This document shows, one piece after another, positions 50,130-64,000 of a DNA stretch of 64,000 nt. Below the pieces are notes generated by a model, which was given only the letters and a program-made list of their open reading frames with translations, was not told the origin of the DNA and searched no databases. Position numbers and translations under genes: made by a program. The first letter of the stretch is position 1, and each line of letters starts with the position of its first letter. The DNA is taken from assembly GCA_028534125.1 (NCBI GenBank), contig CM052817.1, positions 79,796,001-79,860,000 on the forward strand. The letters are read 5' to 3'. This DNA comes from Lama glama. Lineage: Eukaryota.

Positions 50130-53060
50130 GGGACTGGGATTATGAATGTAATTGTAATTGCACTGAATTTATAGATAAATTGAGGGGGAAATTGACTTTT
50201 AGCAATATTCAGTCTTCCAATTCATGAACATAATATAGTTCTCCATTTATGGAGATCTTAATTTTCTCCCAACAATATTTTGAAGATTTAGTTTAGAAGT
50301 TTTGTGTCTCTTATTAAATATGATGCTAAGCATTTTACAACTTTGATACTATAATGAATGAGATTTAAAATTTTTCGTTTTCCAGTTTTTACTGCTGTCA
50401 TATATAGAATTGATTTTGTATATTGACCTTGTATGTTGAGACCAAGATAAATTTACTTACTAGTTCCAGTAAGATTTTTTGTATTTTATGGAGTTTTCTA
50501 TGTTCTCAGTCACGTCAATCTATAAATAGAAACAGTTTTGCTTTTCCCTTCCAATGTTTGTAATTTCTATGTATTTTTTGCCTTATTATACTTGTTGAGC
50601 TTCTAAAGCAGTTTTGAATAAAAGTGATAGTAGACATCCTTGCCTTGCTCATGACCTTAAATGTAAAGAGTTTAATAATTCACCATTAAGTTTGTCATTA
50701 GCAGTAAGTTTTTAAAAACTGCACTTCATCAGAATAAGGAAGTTTTCTTCTATTTCAGTTTGCAGAGGTTTTTTGTTGTTTTTAAATCAGAAATGGTGTT
50801 AAATTTTATCAGATGCTTTTTATGCATCTGTTATTAAAATAATGATCTGCTTTGTCTCCTTTAATCTATTAATATGGTGAATTATATTGATTGATTTTTT
50901 AATATTAAACAATCCTTGCATTCTTTGCATGAACTACTGTAGTTGGTCATAATCTAATAAACATATATATTGCTGGATAATATATAGCAATTTTGAAGTT
51001 TTTTTGCATTTATGTTTGTGAAGAGTATTAGTCTGTGATTTTATTTTCTCAAAAGATTTTTCTCAGGTTTTAGAATGTAGATTATGCTGACCTCATAAGT
51101 TTGGAAGTATTCTTTCATCCTCTTTTTTCTAAAAGAGTTTGTGCAAATGTGTTATAACTTCATCCATAAACAATTGATAGAATTCACTAGGAAAGCCATC
51201 TGGGCCTGGAGTGTTCCTTGTGAGACATTTTTTTCTTTAATAGATATAAAGCTTTTAAGCTATTCTGTATCTTTTTGTGTCCATTTTGGTAAACTTATCT
51301 TTTAAGGAATTTGTCCATTTCATCTCATTTTTAAAAATTTGATATAAAGTATTTAAAATAATATTTACTTATTATACTGTCTGTGGAATCTGTAGTGATG
51401 TCTCCTCTTTTATTCATATTGGTTATGTATACTTTCTATTTCATTCATCAGTCTTGCTAGGGATATGTCAATTTTATTAATCTTTTTAGGGAATAAATTT
51501 TTGGCTCTTCTTGGTTTTCTCTATTTGTCTGGTTATGTCATTGATTTCTGCTTTTTTCTTCATTATTTTCTTCCCTCTACTTACTTTGGATTTATTTTGC
51601 TCCTCTTTGTCTAGCTTCTTAATGTGGAATCTTAGATAACTGATTTTAGACCTTTTTTCTTTTCTAATAGAAGTATATAATGCTAAAAATTTCCTTCTAC
51701 ACATTGTTTTAACTACATCCCACAATTTTGATGTGTATTATTATTATTAATTTAAAATATTTTCTAATACCTCTTGTGATTTCTTCTTTGATTCATGGGT
51801 TATTTAGAAATTTGTTTCTTAATTTCCAAATATTTGGAACTTATCTAGACATCTTAGTAGTAATAATGTCTATTTTAATTTCATTGTGGTAAAATATGTA
51901 TATACTCTAAGGTTTTGAGATATATTTCTTTTGAGATTTATTTTAAGACTGAGGATGCGGCCTATTCTTGGTGACTGTTTCATGCACACTTAAAAAGAAT
52001 ATGTACTTTGAAGTTGTTGCGTGTATGATTTGTAAAGAGCAGTTAGATCAAGTTGGTTGATAGTGTTGTTCAGATCTTCTGTATACTCAATGTTCTATCA
52101 GTTACTGAGGGAGGTGTGTTAAAATACCTATTTGTCCCTTTAGTTTTGTCAGTATTTGTTTCATCTGTTTTGAAATTCTCTATTAGATGTATACACCATC
52201 CTAACTGTTACGTCTTCTTGACGAAGTTATCTTTTTATTATTATGAAATATTCATTTCTTTTACTGGTAATATTTCTTGTTTTGAAATCTATTTTATCTG
52301 ATATTAACACCTTTCTTATACTTAGTTTCTTATACCCTTTTCCATTTCTTTACTTTGAATCTGTCTGATTTTATATTTACAGGATGTCTCTTGTAGAAAG
52401 CATGTGGTTATGTCTTATTTTTAATGCAACCTAACAGTCTCTGCTTTAAAATAGAAGGTTTAGTCTGTTTTCATTTAGTGGAATTAGTTATATGTTGGTG
52501 GATTTAAGTCTGTCATTTTCCTATGTGTTTTCTTTTTCCTATCTGCTTTTTGTTCTTGTATTCCTTCTTTCCTGTCCTTTTTTAGGTTAGTCATTTTTTA
52601 CTATTCCATTTTAAGTCTCCCAATTTTAGCTATTTTTTAAATCTTTTTTAGTTGCTACTAAGATTACAACATGCATCCTCAACTTATCATAGCCTATGTA
52701 GGGTTAATATTGTGCCACTTTGTATTAAATTTAAGAACCCTGAAACAATGTAATTCAATTTACCACTACACCATCTTATGTGCTGCTGTTGTCATATGTT
52801 TTTTATAATCTCCACAATAAGATGTTATAATTTTTGGCATTAAACAGGTATTTTTCCTTCAAAGAAATTACAAGAAGAAAAAAAATATGCTATTTTATAT
52901 TTTCATATATCTGCTGTTTCCAGTGGTCTTTATTCTTTCCTGTATATCTGAGTTTTCATCTGCTATCACTTCCTTTAGTTAGAATTTCTTTTAATAGTTC
53001 TTGTAGGAATTCTATAGGCTTTTGTTTATTTGAGAATGCCTTTTTTCCTTCACTTTTGAT
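50130..53060 (-). mobile_element. Old L1 (L1M) ORF2 region, ~2.9 kb, decayed
   Basis: Remnant WDVVKTMCRRKFLALYTSIRKEKRSKISYLRFHIKKLDKEEQNKSKVSR (ORF2 after the endonuclease domain); continuous antisense L1 text. Confidence 0.9.
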
Positions 53061-53519
53061 AAAGCATGAAAAGCTACTATTTATAGTTTGCTGAAAATCA
53101 AAAGCAGGCAAAAAGTGAAGAAGTTTGACTCTTGAAAGAAGGAAACTATACTGAGTGCTCCATTTATGTGACTTTTATCTTGAGGGCTCCTTCAATCCAT
53201 AAGATGGGGTGCAACCAGAACTCAGTCAGAAGGCTTCAGTCTATTGATTTGAGTTGTCACAAGACATAATTTAGAATGTTAGAGTAGCTGGGAATTGAGG
53301 GAGGGAAGACCAAAAATGGGAGAGCCACAATTAGGAAACGTCTAAATTGGCACATATTCTGCTTCAAGTCCTTGGATGGTCCCTGAACTATCCACTGGGC
53401 TCTTTGAAGTCTCCTCTGTATGTGCAGAGTTCAGGGGCCATGCAAGGTTTTGAAGCAGTTTAATCTCTGGGAGAGTTGGTTGAATAAAAACTACTCCGCC
53501 ATTCAGAACAAGAGCTTTC

Positions 53520-53703
53520 CTATTATATTTTGAACATTCACCTATCACAGAATGTCTTATTGTACTATAATTATGAATATAATTATATGTCTCTCTCAGT
53601 AGACTTTAAACTCTTTAGGATATGATCTACTTATTCAGGTCTCCCTAATGCCTATTACAGTGTCTGGCACATTGTGCTCAATAAATGTTAACTGAATAAA
53701 TAA
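53520..53703 (+). mobile_element. L2 3' end
   Basis: cagtgtctggcacattgtgctcaataaatgttaactgaataaataaa. Confidence 0.7.
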
Positions 53704-54629
53704 ACTTAATAAAACTAACAAGTTTGACCACCAAGGTGGGAGGGACTGCCTCTTTAGCAGTTCTCGTGTGGAACATTGGTTTTCTCAGGCCAGTCACTTG
53801 AAGAGTGTCCTGAGAATCACAGGAGAAAATTATGCTCCTCTTTTCTCCAGGCTCAGTGATTTTGCCATTAATTTATAGTGATGTCAATAATAAAAACCAG
53901 CCCTTTGGCAATTAGCCCCAAATTATGGATTAACATAGTAAATAGGAAATAATGATACATTATTTCTTATTTTATTTTTAAAATGATTATAGTAAACCTC
54001 TGACTTGAAATAGCAGATATGATGGCCATGGCCCTCCTCACTCCTGCAGGCAGGAATACGAAAAAATACTTATCAGTCCAGCCCGAGTGGATTTCCTAGC
54101 TCTGTGGAGCAGCAATGCACTCGAGATAAGAAAAAATGGAAGGTATGACCCCAGATTCTATTTGTTGTAATATGATGCTGACCAGTGATAAAGTAGTGTT
54201 TCCTGATTGTCAGAGAGAATGTAAACGGTGCAAATAGTTGTGGGATCTCAGAACTTTTTACTGAGTGTAACGCTTCTACGTGGTTCTGGTCCTTTCTGCT
54301 GTTTCCGTGGTAATATAGCCTTTACTACAAGGCATGTGTAGATTGGTGGCTAGGGACAGGCTGCACCTCGGGCTCCGTCACCTGCAAGGGACCATCCTAC
54401 TGTCAAGAGCTAATTCTGGCTGGCAGCTTTCATAACCTTGTTTTCAAAGGTAAATGGAGGGGATTCTACATTTTTGTTTTCCACAGATGGTTAGCCAGAG
54501 GAAGTACTGTTAGATGGAGTTTCACACCTCAATTTCATTTAACCGAAGGTTTGGTGAGGATCAGGATATTATCTCACTTTAATAAACGTTATTTTTAAGG
54601 TAATTTAAAGTGCTGGCATTGAAGAGTCT

Positions 54630-55090
54630 ATTAAGTCTAATTTAAGGCTCTTTTGGTCAGAAGTGACAAAAATACAACTGGAACTAGTTTATCTGTGAGG
54701 AGAGGATTCATTGTGTTACATGATTCGGCTTCATGGTGAATCTTCAGGCACAATCTCTCTCTCTCTCTTTCACTCTGCTTTTCTCTGTGCTCAGAAATCA
54801 CTCCCCAGAGATGACTACTGGCTGCTCCAGCCTAAATCCTGTATCAGCTTAACAACCCCGGTAGGAAGAGACCATTTCTCTAAATAATTACAACAGAAGT
54901 TACAGGAAGGCCTCTCCATGCTCTGGCTTGTATTATGTCCCCACCCGTGGAGCTGGGAAGGGGGTGAGACCACCCCCAGTTGACCGCAAGGACTGAGAGT
55001 TGGTCAAGAATTGATTCCCAAAGAAAAAGAAGGGTTCTAACAGCAGAGGAAGGAGAAGAGATGCTAGGCCATCAAAAACAAGGAGTTGTG
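54630..55090 (-). mobile_element. Old MLT1 MaLR LTR
   Basis: ctcttttggtcagaagtgacaaaaatacaactggaactagttta...gagatgctaggcc. Confidence 0.6.
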
Positions 55091-56930
55091 GATCCTTGCT
55101 GGCTGGTTGGTTGCTCCTCAGCTGTGCATTACACAGAAGATACTGGTAAACTTTGAGAAGGAGGAGGTGTGACCAGAGGCTGCTAAAAAAGATGGTTTAT
55201 CTGATGTGTTTAATTAATGTGCTGCAACCTCAAGTCTTTCTGCTCTGTCAATCCCTAGGAACACTTTTGGACCTATTAGGAAACTTTGAATTAAAATACA
55301 ATACAGTGAGGCCAAGGTTGTGGAAAAGAGGGTCCCACATGAGCCATTATTCATCGTGAAAGAAATCCCTTGAACGGGATGAGGTGAACGAGAACTGAGC
55401 ACAAGCTAATGGTCACTAGTGGCAGACTAAGTCTGAAAACAAGCTCCTCCATTGTCAAATGTGTAAACACTTTAGAAGGGACTTTCTGTGACTTATTTAT
55501 CTTTGTGAGCAGTCTGTGATGTTAGAGGTGCTGGAGTTATTACAACTATTTCACAGGTGAGGAAATCCGCAGTGCATTTCTGGCTTCATCCTAAATGAAG
55601 GACAAAGGATAACACTGTCCTGGCTAAAGGACCCCAACTAGATTAAGGTCACTTTCCCAGGAGCCAGTGGCCAGGCACTCTGCCTGTTCAGGATCCTGAG
55701 AATTCTCTCAGCTGCTCTTGTGTGAGCGAGACAGTGGCTAACATCACCAGGGCAGGTTTCAAACAATCCTGTTCTTCTTACACTGAGTTCTGTAGGTCCA
55801 AGGAGAAATGGTCTTCCTGGTCCCAAAGCTCCCTTTAGAAATGATTTCAGTAGCGGAAATCTCTCTGAGGTCCAGGAATGAAATAACTGAGAAAACGTTT
55901 CAAGGTTTATACCATTTGCTTTTGTGTGGAGTGACAAGGTGAATTTGGGTGTCTGCATGTATTTGCATTGTTTCGATAGGTGGCAGCATGTCCTTTCCTT
56001 AAAAGGTTATCTTTTTAAAAGGACATGTTCGGTGATAAGCTCTGTCAGGAAATGAAGAGGTGCTAATAATAATAAGGGCAAATAGGAAATGTTCCCTGTC
56101 ATTCGCTATGAATACATTGCTCATAGTCACGACTCAAGTCATTGATCAGGCTTTGATCCACTAGCAGTAACTTCAGAGCAAAAGTTGTATCATAACACTT
56201 TGCATTCTAATGCTGTTTAGTTCTCTCTTCGTCAGGGACTTGGCCTATGGGAAAAGCTTTGCCAGACAACACTAAGCACTTTCCCACCCATAATGTTGTG
56301 AATGATTGTTTCCACCCTGGGCACACCTGCCCTTCTCCACTGTTCCGAGTGACCAGCTCCAAACTCTTTTCTCTTTTCAGGATTGATTTCTCCATCAGCA
56401 GATATGTTTTAATTCCATTCACAATGGCATTTCTCCCAAGGAATGGTTGATTTCAACTGAATTTAAAAAAAAAAAGTGTGGGGAGAGGCTTACTAGAAGC
56501 TTCAAATCCACCAACTGCCCTACATTCTGTGAATAAGAATATTCTAATCAGGAAAAATCTATTCTGTTTGTAGCATGGAGTGGTGGCTGCCCTGGGGCAG
56601 GGATAGGTTGGTAAGGAGGGGTAGCAGGTCCTCCTCGGCGTGCCCATCAGTAGTATCATACGCTTGCCCTTGAGAGCTCACTCTTTGTGCTGCAGATTTG
56701 TTTATCCCCACTGGGTTCCTTTAGGTTAAGGGGGCTTTTGAGAATTAACTTGTGCCCTCCCCAAAAGAGATAACCTATATAAAATATATACCATAAATAC
56801 ATATATAATTACATATGAGCAAATATATCCTAACTTTCCTGAAACTACATCATTTTGATAAGAAAATTAATCTTTGCCCTAAGCCGCCTTCTTATTTAAA
56901 AAAACAAACTTTAAAAAAAATCATTCTTTC

Positions 56931-57340
56931 TGTAGTAGACTGTTGGTGCCTGCCCAGATGCCCTTGGATCCTTTTCACCAGCACTGTGTGCCCATCCCAT
57001 CTGTGCACTTTGATGACATGGGACACTCAGAGGCTGGTCCTTAGGCACTGGAGCAGCCTCACTGTGTCCTGAGGCTCTGCAGACATAACCGGAGGTTGGT
57101 TGCAGAAGTACAGAAGCCCAGTCTCTTGCATTCCAGGCAGAACTAACAGCTCTCCAGGGCGCCCTGCAGGGTTAAGTTGAATCTGGGGCTTCTCCTGAAT
57201 TTACACCCAGGCCTGCGTTTCTCCTTCCAGTCCTGCTTTCCCCACTCACTTCCCGGTTTTCCTGGCATTTTCTTAGTAAGCCACTGGCACTGGAATCCTT
57301 GACTCAGGTTCTACTTCTGAGAAAACCCAATCAAGGATAC
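56931..57340 (+). mobile_element. LTR16-like ERVL solo LTR
   Basis: Start tgtagtagactgttggtgcctgcccagatgccct; end aatccttgactcaggttctacttctgagaaaacccaatc. Confidence 0.75.
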
Positions 57341-57754
57341 TTACTGTTTTCTCTTCTCTCTCTCTCTCTCTTCCTCTGTCTGTCTTTCTCTTTTCTTTCA
57401 TAAGTTAGATTTGGGAATTTTCTTGAATTAAGATTATAGGGGAAAAACACACAACAACACAAACTTTTCTCCTCCCAACTGACCATCTCTCAGCCTAACA
57501 GGAAGATGGTAGCATGATCAGGGCTAGTTTAAAAAGATAATTTTAAAGATTTTTTTTTAAACTGAGGTACCACAACTTCAGCCTTCCTCTGTAGCAATTT
57601 CTGGTTTTTTTCTTCACTCTCCTCCCTGTTACTGCCTAGCTAACTGTTTTCCCTCTCCATTGCCTCCTCTATTGTTTGCATTTCTAGAAGTGCCATATAT
57701 CATTCATCTGATAAAGAGGATTTCTTTAAAACACCTTTTTCTCTCATTTATGTT

Positions 57755-58110
57755 CAACTTTTTATTGAATTATACATAGAGAAAATGTTGTAAGTCACGA
57801 ACTCACTAAATACCTCCTCCTGGGTCAAGAAATGTAGCATTACTGGAACCCCAGGAGCACCCCATCATTTTTTCTCTCAATTACTAGCCTCGTTCTCCCC
57901 AAGGATAACTACCCTGAGCCTTCTAATACTGTCTGTTAGTTTTCCTGTTTGGGAACCTCATATAAATGGAATCATTAAATACATATTCTCTTATGTCTGG
58001 CATATTTTATTTAGCCTTATGTTTCTGGGATTCAGCCGTGTAGCTACTATTCCTTTGTCTATTACTGTATTGAATTCTTTTATACGATTATTCCAAATCT
58101 ATTCCTTTTT
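57755..58110 (-). mobile_element. L1 3' end (old)
   Basis: gggtcaagaaatgtagcattactgg...tataaatggaatcatt...atgtctggcatattttatttagc. Confidence 0.75.
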
Positions 58111-58336
58111 TATTTAAACAAATAATTCATCCTATTAAAAACATCTCCAGAATTATCTTTCTGTTATAAAAAAAAAAAGCCCATCTTTTGGTGCTATCTT
58201 TGTTGTCAGGACCTCGGAGAGAATTAAATTGTTGCAAGAAGGAAATGACTTGGAAACAGTACAATAATGTGCTCATAATTTAGTAGTACATATCATCTCT
58301 CTGTCCTAGCCATGAAATGTCAGCACTGCCTTGACT

Positions 58337-58501
58337 CAGTGGTTCTCAGCCCTGATTACACACCAGAATCACCTGGAGAGTTTTACATACCACCAATGCA
58401 CAGGCCCTCAGACATTCTGATTTTATTTTGATGAAATACCCAGTAGTGTTTTTAATAAGCTCCCCAGATGACTGTAATGCATGCCGGGCTGAGAACCACT
58501 T
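58337..58501. mobile_element. MER5A-like MITE
   Basis: Terminal inverted repeats cagtggttctcagccc and gggctgagaaccact. Confidence 0.85.
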
Positions 58502-59349
58502 GCCAATTTGTTGACACTTATTAGAGAATTCATTTGACCTGAAGCCCATTTCAAAACTATCTCAGAGTTTTCTCTCAGGCTTTTTTTGTAATCACATGAC
58601 TGCTGCTGAACTTCATGTTATTCCTCACTTAACCTCATTGAAACCAAGGAAAAGATTGAATGTAGGTATCCATCCTATTTCAAATTGCTCTCTCATCTGC
58701 CTCACAATGCCCCACCCAGCCCACCCAAGCCCTTCTCTCTGGTTGTGTTTCTCTGTAGTGTTTCTCCATAGCACTTTACCATCTCATTCAGAACGAAAGA
58801 AAACTAGAGAAAGTGAGAAAAATAAAATAATTTGCAACATGCAAGGAAGCCTTCTTGAAAAAAATAAAATATTCATTATGAATGAAGATGGAAAAGACCT
58901 CATTAGGGACTCATTAATGAGTGTATGGATGCTTTGTATTTTCTGTTTTTGTAAGGGGAGAAGGGATATCATATGGAAGAGTTTCAGTGGTATGATTGGG
59001 AAACATCAAAATGCTTTATCTACAAGTAAAGGAACTCTAGACAATAAAACCCCAGAAGTTTTCTTAAGAAAAATATTTTTGCTAAAATTTTAATGATAAG
59101 TAGAATGTTTCCATTTTTGTCTTCCAAATTTTGGATCGTTGAAGGCCAACTTCAAAAATAAAGAGATGTGGGTACATCAGATAAGAGGATGGGGGGGGGA
59201 AATTTGCAGAAAACACATGATACCGAGAGGCCAGGGAGAAGCTCTAAGGGAAAAAACCATTAGTACACCACTTGCATAATAAAAAGAAAACAAACTGTGC
59301 ACTGGGGATTAAAACCCTATGGGAGACCTCCAGTGCCAACCATCATAGA

Positions 59350-62300
59350 ACCATCAATTCTTTCTATAAATATTTAATGAGCTCTTTCTATGTTCAAGGC
59401 ATGGTTCTAGGTGCTAGATATATAGCAGTGAACAAAACAGAACAAATCTCTGTAAAATTGAGCTTACATTCTAGTGGAGGACACAGACAATAAACACGTA
59501 AATTATTAAAATATGTACGTCCAGGATGGTAAGTACTATGGAGAAAAATAAAATAAGGGAGAGGTTGCAATTTAAAATACAGTGGTGGTCAGAGAAGACC
59601 TGGTGGAGAAGATGACAGCTGAACATGGACATGTAGGAGGTGACACAATGGACCACATGGACATTCCGAAAGAGAGCATTCCAGAGGAAGGAACAGAAAA
59701 GTGCAAATGGCTTAGGAGTGTTGGAAAAAGGAAAGCATGTCAATGTGACTGGATTTGCACAAGAAGAGTGAAACCAAGCTTAGATGGGAGGGTAGAGGGG
59801 ACATGACCATGTAGCCCCTGTTGTAGGACTCAGGCTTTACCTCGAATGAGAAGAGAGCCATTGGAAGGTTTTGAGCTGGAGGGTAACATATTCTGATGAG
59901 TTTTTAAAGGGTCATTCAGGTTGCTTTGTTGCAAATAGATTTTGGTGAGGGGCAAGGACAAAAGCAGGAAAACTATTTGGGAAGATATTACAATCATCTG
60001 GGTGAGAGATTGTGGTGGCCTCAATAAAGTGGGACTGGAGATGTTAGCAAGTAGTTGGAGTCTAGAGATATTTTAAGAACAGTTGTCAGTTATCACTGGC
60101 TTTGGTGATAATTCAATTGAACATGAAAGAGAAGGAGAAATGTCAAGGAAAATTTCCACACATAATTATATATTTAGTTCAATTCAATTATGTAAATGTT
60201 TGTTTTCTACCGTAGGTTTTCTAGCATATACGAGGCACTGTGCTAGCAAAATGCAATTCCTTCTGCCAAAGGGCTTATATTGTAGAAAGAGAAACAGACA
60301 TATAAATCAGTAAATTTGTGTACACCACATTAAATCTAATAATCATAGTATGTTCAATTTCTGAAAGTGGAGAGAGATTAACACTGTCAGAGAGATGGAG
60401 TAAGATGATGATGAAAATCTTTCTAGAGGAAGTGATGACTAAGCTGATTATTGATGGACACATGAGGGGTTTTCTGGGTGCTAAGGAAGAGGGTAGAGAA
60501 GTAGTGTTCCAGGGGGAGGTCACTGCAAGTACAAAGGCACAGAGAAACAAAACAGCATGATGTGTCCATGGAAATAGAAGTAGATTGGATTGGCTGGAAT
60601 CTGAAGTTCAAGGTGAAGAGAGGCTGGGAACTGAGTGGAGCAGATGATAAAGGGTTTTACATACCCTGTTTCATTCCTGGGCTATCCAAAGGAGAGCCAG
60701 TGAAAGGTTTTAAATAATGGAGAGTTGTGATCAGACTTAAATTTTATAAAGTATCATTCTGGTGGCCATGCAGAGATAGATTGGAAAGAGAAGAAGGCAA
60801 GAGGCTAAAAATCCAACCAAAAGTTATTGCTGAAAACCTGAATTAAGGCAATGGCAGAAGGAGTAGGAAAAAAGGTGGATTTAAGAGCTAGAAATAGCAA
60901 AGCCCAGTAGCTAATTGGTTATAGTGTATGAGAGAGAAGGCAGAGTCTTGGAGGCTGGGAAATGCATTCCCATCAATTAAGATTAGAGAATACTGCCATC
61001 ATGGCATTGTTTGCAATAGCCGAGATACAGAAGCAACCCAAGTGCCCATCAACAGATGCATGGATTAAGAAGATGTGGTGTATATATCTGTGGAATACTA
61101 CTCAGCCATAAAAAGGATGAAAGGATGGAATCTTTACTTATTTATTTATTTTTTTTGCAACAGTGCAGATGGACCTTAGGGGTATTTATGCTGAGTGAAA
61201 TAAGTCAGTCGGAGAAAGACAAATACAATATGATTTCACTCAGATGTGGAATATAAAAAACAGAAAAGCAAACCAAAATCAAAATATGTGAGCATATCAA
61301 ACAAAACACAATATAGAGAACAGAATAGTGGTTACTGGAGGGGAAGGGGCAGGAAGGGGAAGGTGAAATGGATAAAGGGGGTCAACTGTATGGTGACAGG
61401 TGGTAACTAAATTTTTGGTGGTGAGCACGCTGTAGTGTATACAGAAGTAGAAATATAATATTGTACACATTTTACTTATATAATGTTATAAACCAGTTAG
61501 CTCAATAAAAAATAATTCTAAAAAAAAAGAAAAATTAAAAACTGATAGAAATGGAAAAACAAGATTAGGCAATGCTGGAAAACAGAGAAAGTCATAGAAA
61601 TGGGGAAAAGTAATGAGATCAATTTTGGCATGTGAGATTAGGTGAAGGGCCTGGAAGATAAAGATGAAAATCTCCAGGGAGAAGTTGGATCTATGGGCCT
61701 GGGAATTAGAAGAAAGAAATAGCCTTTATCCTTAGATTTGAGGGTCAGTGGCATATACAGGGGTATTTAAAACAACAGGAACTTATTCGACTGTTGCGGG
61801 AAAAGGTTTAAAGTGAAAAGGTGGCCAAGGACAGTATCCTCAAGAACATTATCTTCTAAGGGGAGGATGCAGGGAAGCAAACCTACAACTGATACTGAAA
61901 ATGTATGGTCAGAGAGGTAAGACAAGAAGCAGAAGGAAGAGTAGCCTCCAGAGTCAAAAAGGGGAATGAGAGAGTATAATCAAAGACAGCAAAGGTCACA
62001 GTCAAATCAAATAAGGTAAGGATTTAGATGGATTTGCGAGTTGAGTAATTTGGAGGTCATTGTTGACCAAAGAAAGGACAATTTTAATGATACAGCGATA
62101 GGGTGTGGGATGGGTAGAAATCAGACTATAGTGGTTTGAAGTGGATAGGAGGTGAGGGAGTGTAGACACATGCATAGACTACGCTTTGAACAAGCTTAAA
62201 TTAAGGTCACGTGAATCCCCAAACCTCTCTCCTCCACGTGAAGTGAGGCCATGCCCACACTAACCTGTGGACTGGAGTAGATGGAGGCAGCTGTTGAAAG

Positions 62301-63120
62301 CAAGTAAGTGTTTAGAGCTGAGAATGAAGTGGGAAAGTGACTCCAGTAAGTCAGATAGGGGAGTTTGAAAGGGTCTCCAAAGGAAATAGGCCAGAGCCAG
62401 GGTCTGAAGCTGGACTAGGGGAGCAAGACAGACATCTAGGTCAGGAGTTTATAGGCAGGTCGTCAAGAAGAATGAGCTTGTGTGTGCTGCCAGGTTTGCA
62501 GTTCAAGGAATTGATCAGGGGCCCAGGATCAGTTGGGGAGAGAGGAAAGCTAATGAACTGAGAGAATGGAAAGGGTGAAGGCCTGGCTGTCGCGATCGAG
62601 CCTCAGGGAAGATGTAGTAGGGCAGTTTGAGAGCAAAGAGCCTAGCAAGTGGGTGTTTTTATATATGTAAAGATTTCAGACAGAGAATGGTTCCAGGTGA
62701 TGAAGTCTGGTGCATGGTCATGGGAGGGGTCTGATGATGGGGTAAAACATGCAGATGTTTGGAACTGAGCCGCTCATGATTCTGAGAAGCTACAGTGTTG
62801 TGGAATCCTCCTCGTGGTCACTGAAATCACCCAGGATGTTGGTAGAATCCGGATTCAAGAAAAAGAACTTGTCTCAGTCTTCAAAGAACATGGAAGAGTT
62901 CATGGAGGAGTTGACAATCCTCAATAAGAAGTAAGGGGAGAGCCAAGCTAGATGGTATAAACTTCAAAGCAGGAATGAATTTTGCACAAGAGTGTACGTG
63001 TAATGGGCATTGGGAAGGAGATCTTCAACTCCTCTTGGACCTGCCATACATTTACGAGGGCTGCAAAGGAAGTGTCCTTGAGGTAGGGACAGGAATTGGA
63101 AAGTTCCATTTCAGTGAAAT
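59350..63120 (-). mobile_element. Long L2 relic(s): two 3' ends (~59355 and ~60170) and a purine-rich body, interrupted by an L1
   Basis: aaatatttaatgagctctttctatgttcaaggcatggttctaggtgctag; gagccattggaaggttttgagc; ggaggtcattgttgacc. Confidence 0.75.
60996..61560 (+). mobile_element. 5'-truncated L1 inserted in the L2
   Basis: gcaatagccgagatacagaagcaacccaagtgcccatc...ctcaataaaaaa; TSD aagattagagaatactg (60979-60995) versus aagattaggcaatgctg (61561-61577). Confidence 0.9.
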
Positions 63121-63522
63121 TATGTAAGGAGAAAAGATCGTCTTTACCATATACATGTAAAAACTATATGTTGACAGAAACTAAGGATCATCTTTTATTT
63201 TCTGCTAAGACTATTGAATTATGGGCTTCCAGGGAATCACAAAAGACAGTAGTACTGACTGGGTAGTATTTAATATGATCAGGTCTTAAATATGAAGCCA
63301 TGAACATAAACATTTAAAACCAAATATATAATAAATAATCATTAAGTTATAAAGTACATAGTTTATATTAAACTAAATTCTCAAATGCAAATGTAAATAC
63401 AACAGAGCAATAATATAGAATAATAATGCTACAATTTTATACGTGTCCAAAGAAGACACTTTGAGCTAAAATGGTAAAAATCATGATTAATTTTTCCTGA
63501 ACTCCCATGACCTACAGCAATC

Positions 63523-63578
63523 TTTTTTCCTTCCTTCTTTCCTTCCTTCCTTCCTTATTTTTTCCTTCCTTCCTTTTT
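63523..63578. repeat. (TTCC)n simple repeat
   Basis: Direct reading. Confidence 0.9.
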
Positions 63579-64000
63579 TGGGGGGAAACATGTCCCTTCT
63601 TCCTGCTATTGAAATAATGTTGAGCAAATGAACATCAGGTTCAGTAGAAAGTTTTACTCGGGAGTATGATCAGATGTTCCTATAAGAATATCCAGTACTT
63701 CAGATACTCATAGACATATAAAGCTCAAAAAAAGGCAGAATATTCCTTAGAGATTAAGTCCAACACCCTCACTCTACAGATAAAGAAATGGAAACCAAAA
63801 AATTTAAGGAAATGACCACAATTTCACAGCCAGCGAGATTTCCAGTCTCCTGCACCACCATCCATAGGTGAACAGCAATGCTTACAGGTTAGCCTAAGAT
63901 CCTTTTGGAGGGCTGACTAGGTCTTGAACACAGAGCAGTGAAGATGGAGCAGTTCAAGTCTCACTTCTTCATCTTGTTTATTCTGATGCATTGCTTTCCT

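Noticed and set aside
58596..59093. 165-aa ORF
   Set aside because: Composition is that of random AT-rich DNA and I recognise no homology.
1..64000. CRISPR arrays, operons or other prokaryotic systems
   Set aside because: The sequence is mammalian repeat-rich DNA with no repeat-spacer arrays or dense ORFs.

Overview
Mammalian, AT-rich, repeat-dominated non-coding DNA. It is most likely camelid, based on a Vic-1-like tRNA-derived SINE at about 48.8 kb. No intact protein-coding gene is supportable: the recognisable ORFs are decayed L1 ORF2 or ERV-L gag/pol pieces. The window holds a truncated ERV-L (MLT2) provirus interrupted by an L1, two twin-primed (5'-inverted) L1s, many L1/L2/MIR/MaLR/hAT relics, a three-level nest of ERV1-type LTRs and a 500-N gap. 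The most notable item is a clean 408-bp solo LTR (35470-35877, minus strand, perfect 5-bp target-site duplication) with betaretrovirus-like architecture. Its U3 contains a compact single-loop copy of the MPMV/SRV constitutive transport element (CTE, the NXF1/TAP-binding RNA export motif). Also notable is a 168-bp local templated copy of L1 sequence patched into the ERV-L pol. Repeat family names come from my recall of consensus sequences, not from a database search, and boundaries are approximate unless a TSD is quoted.
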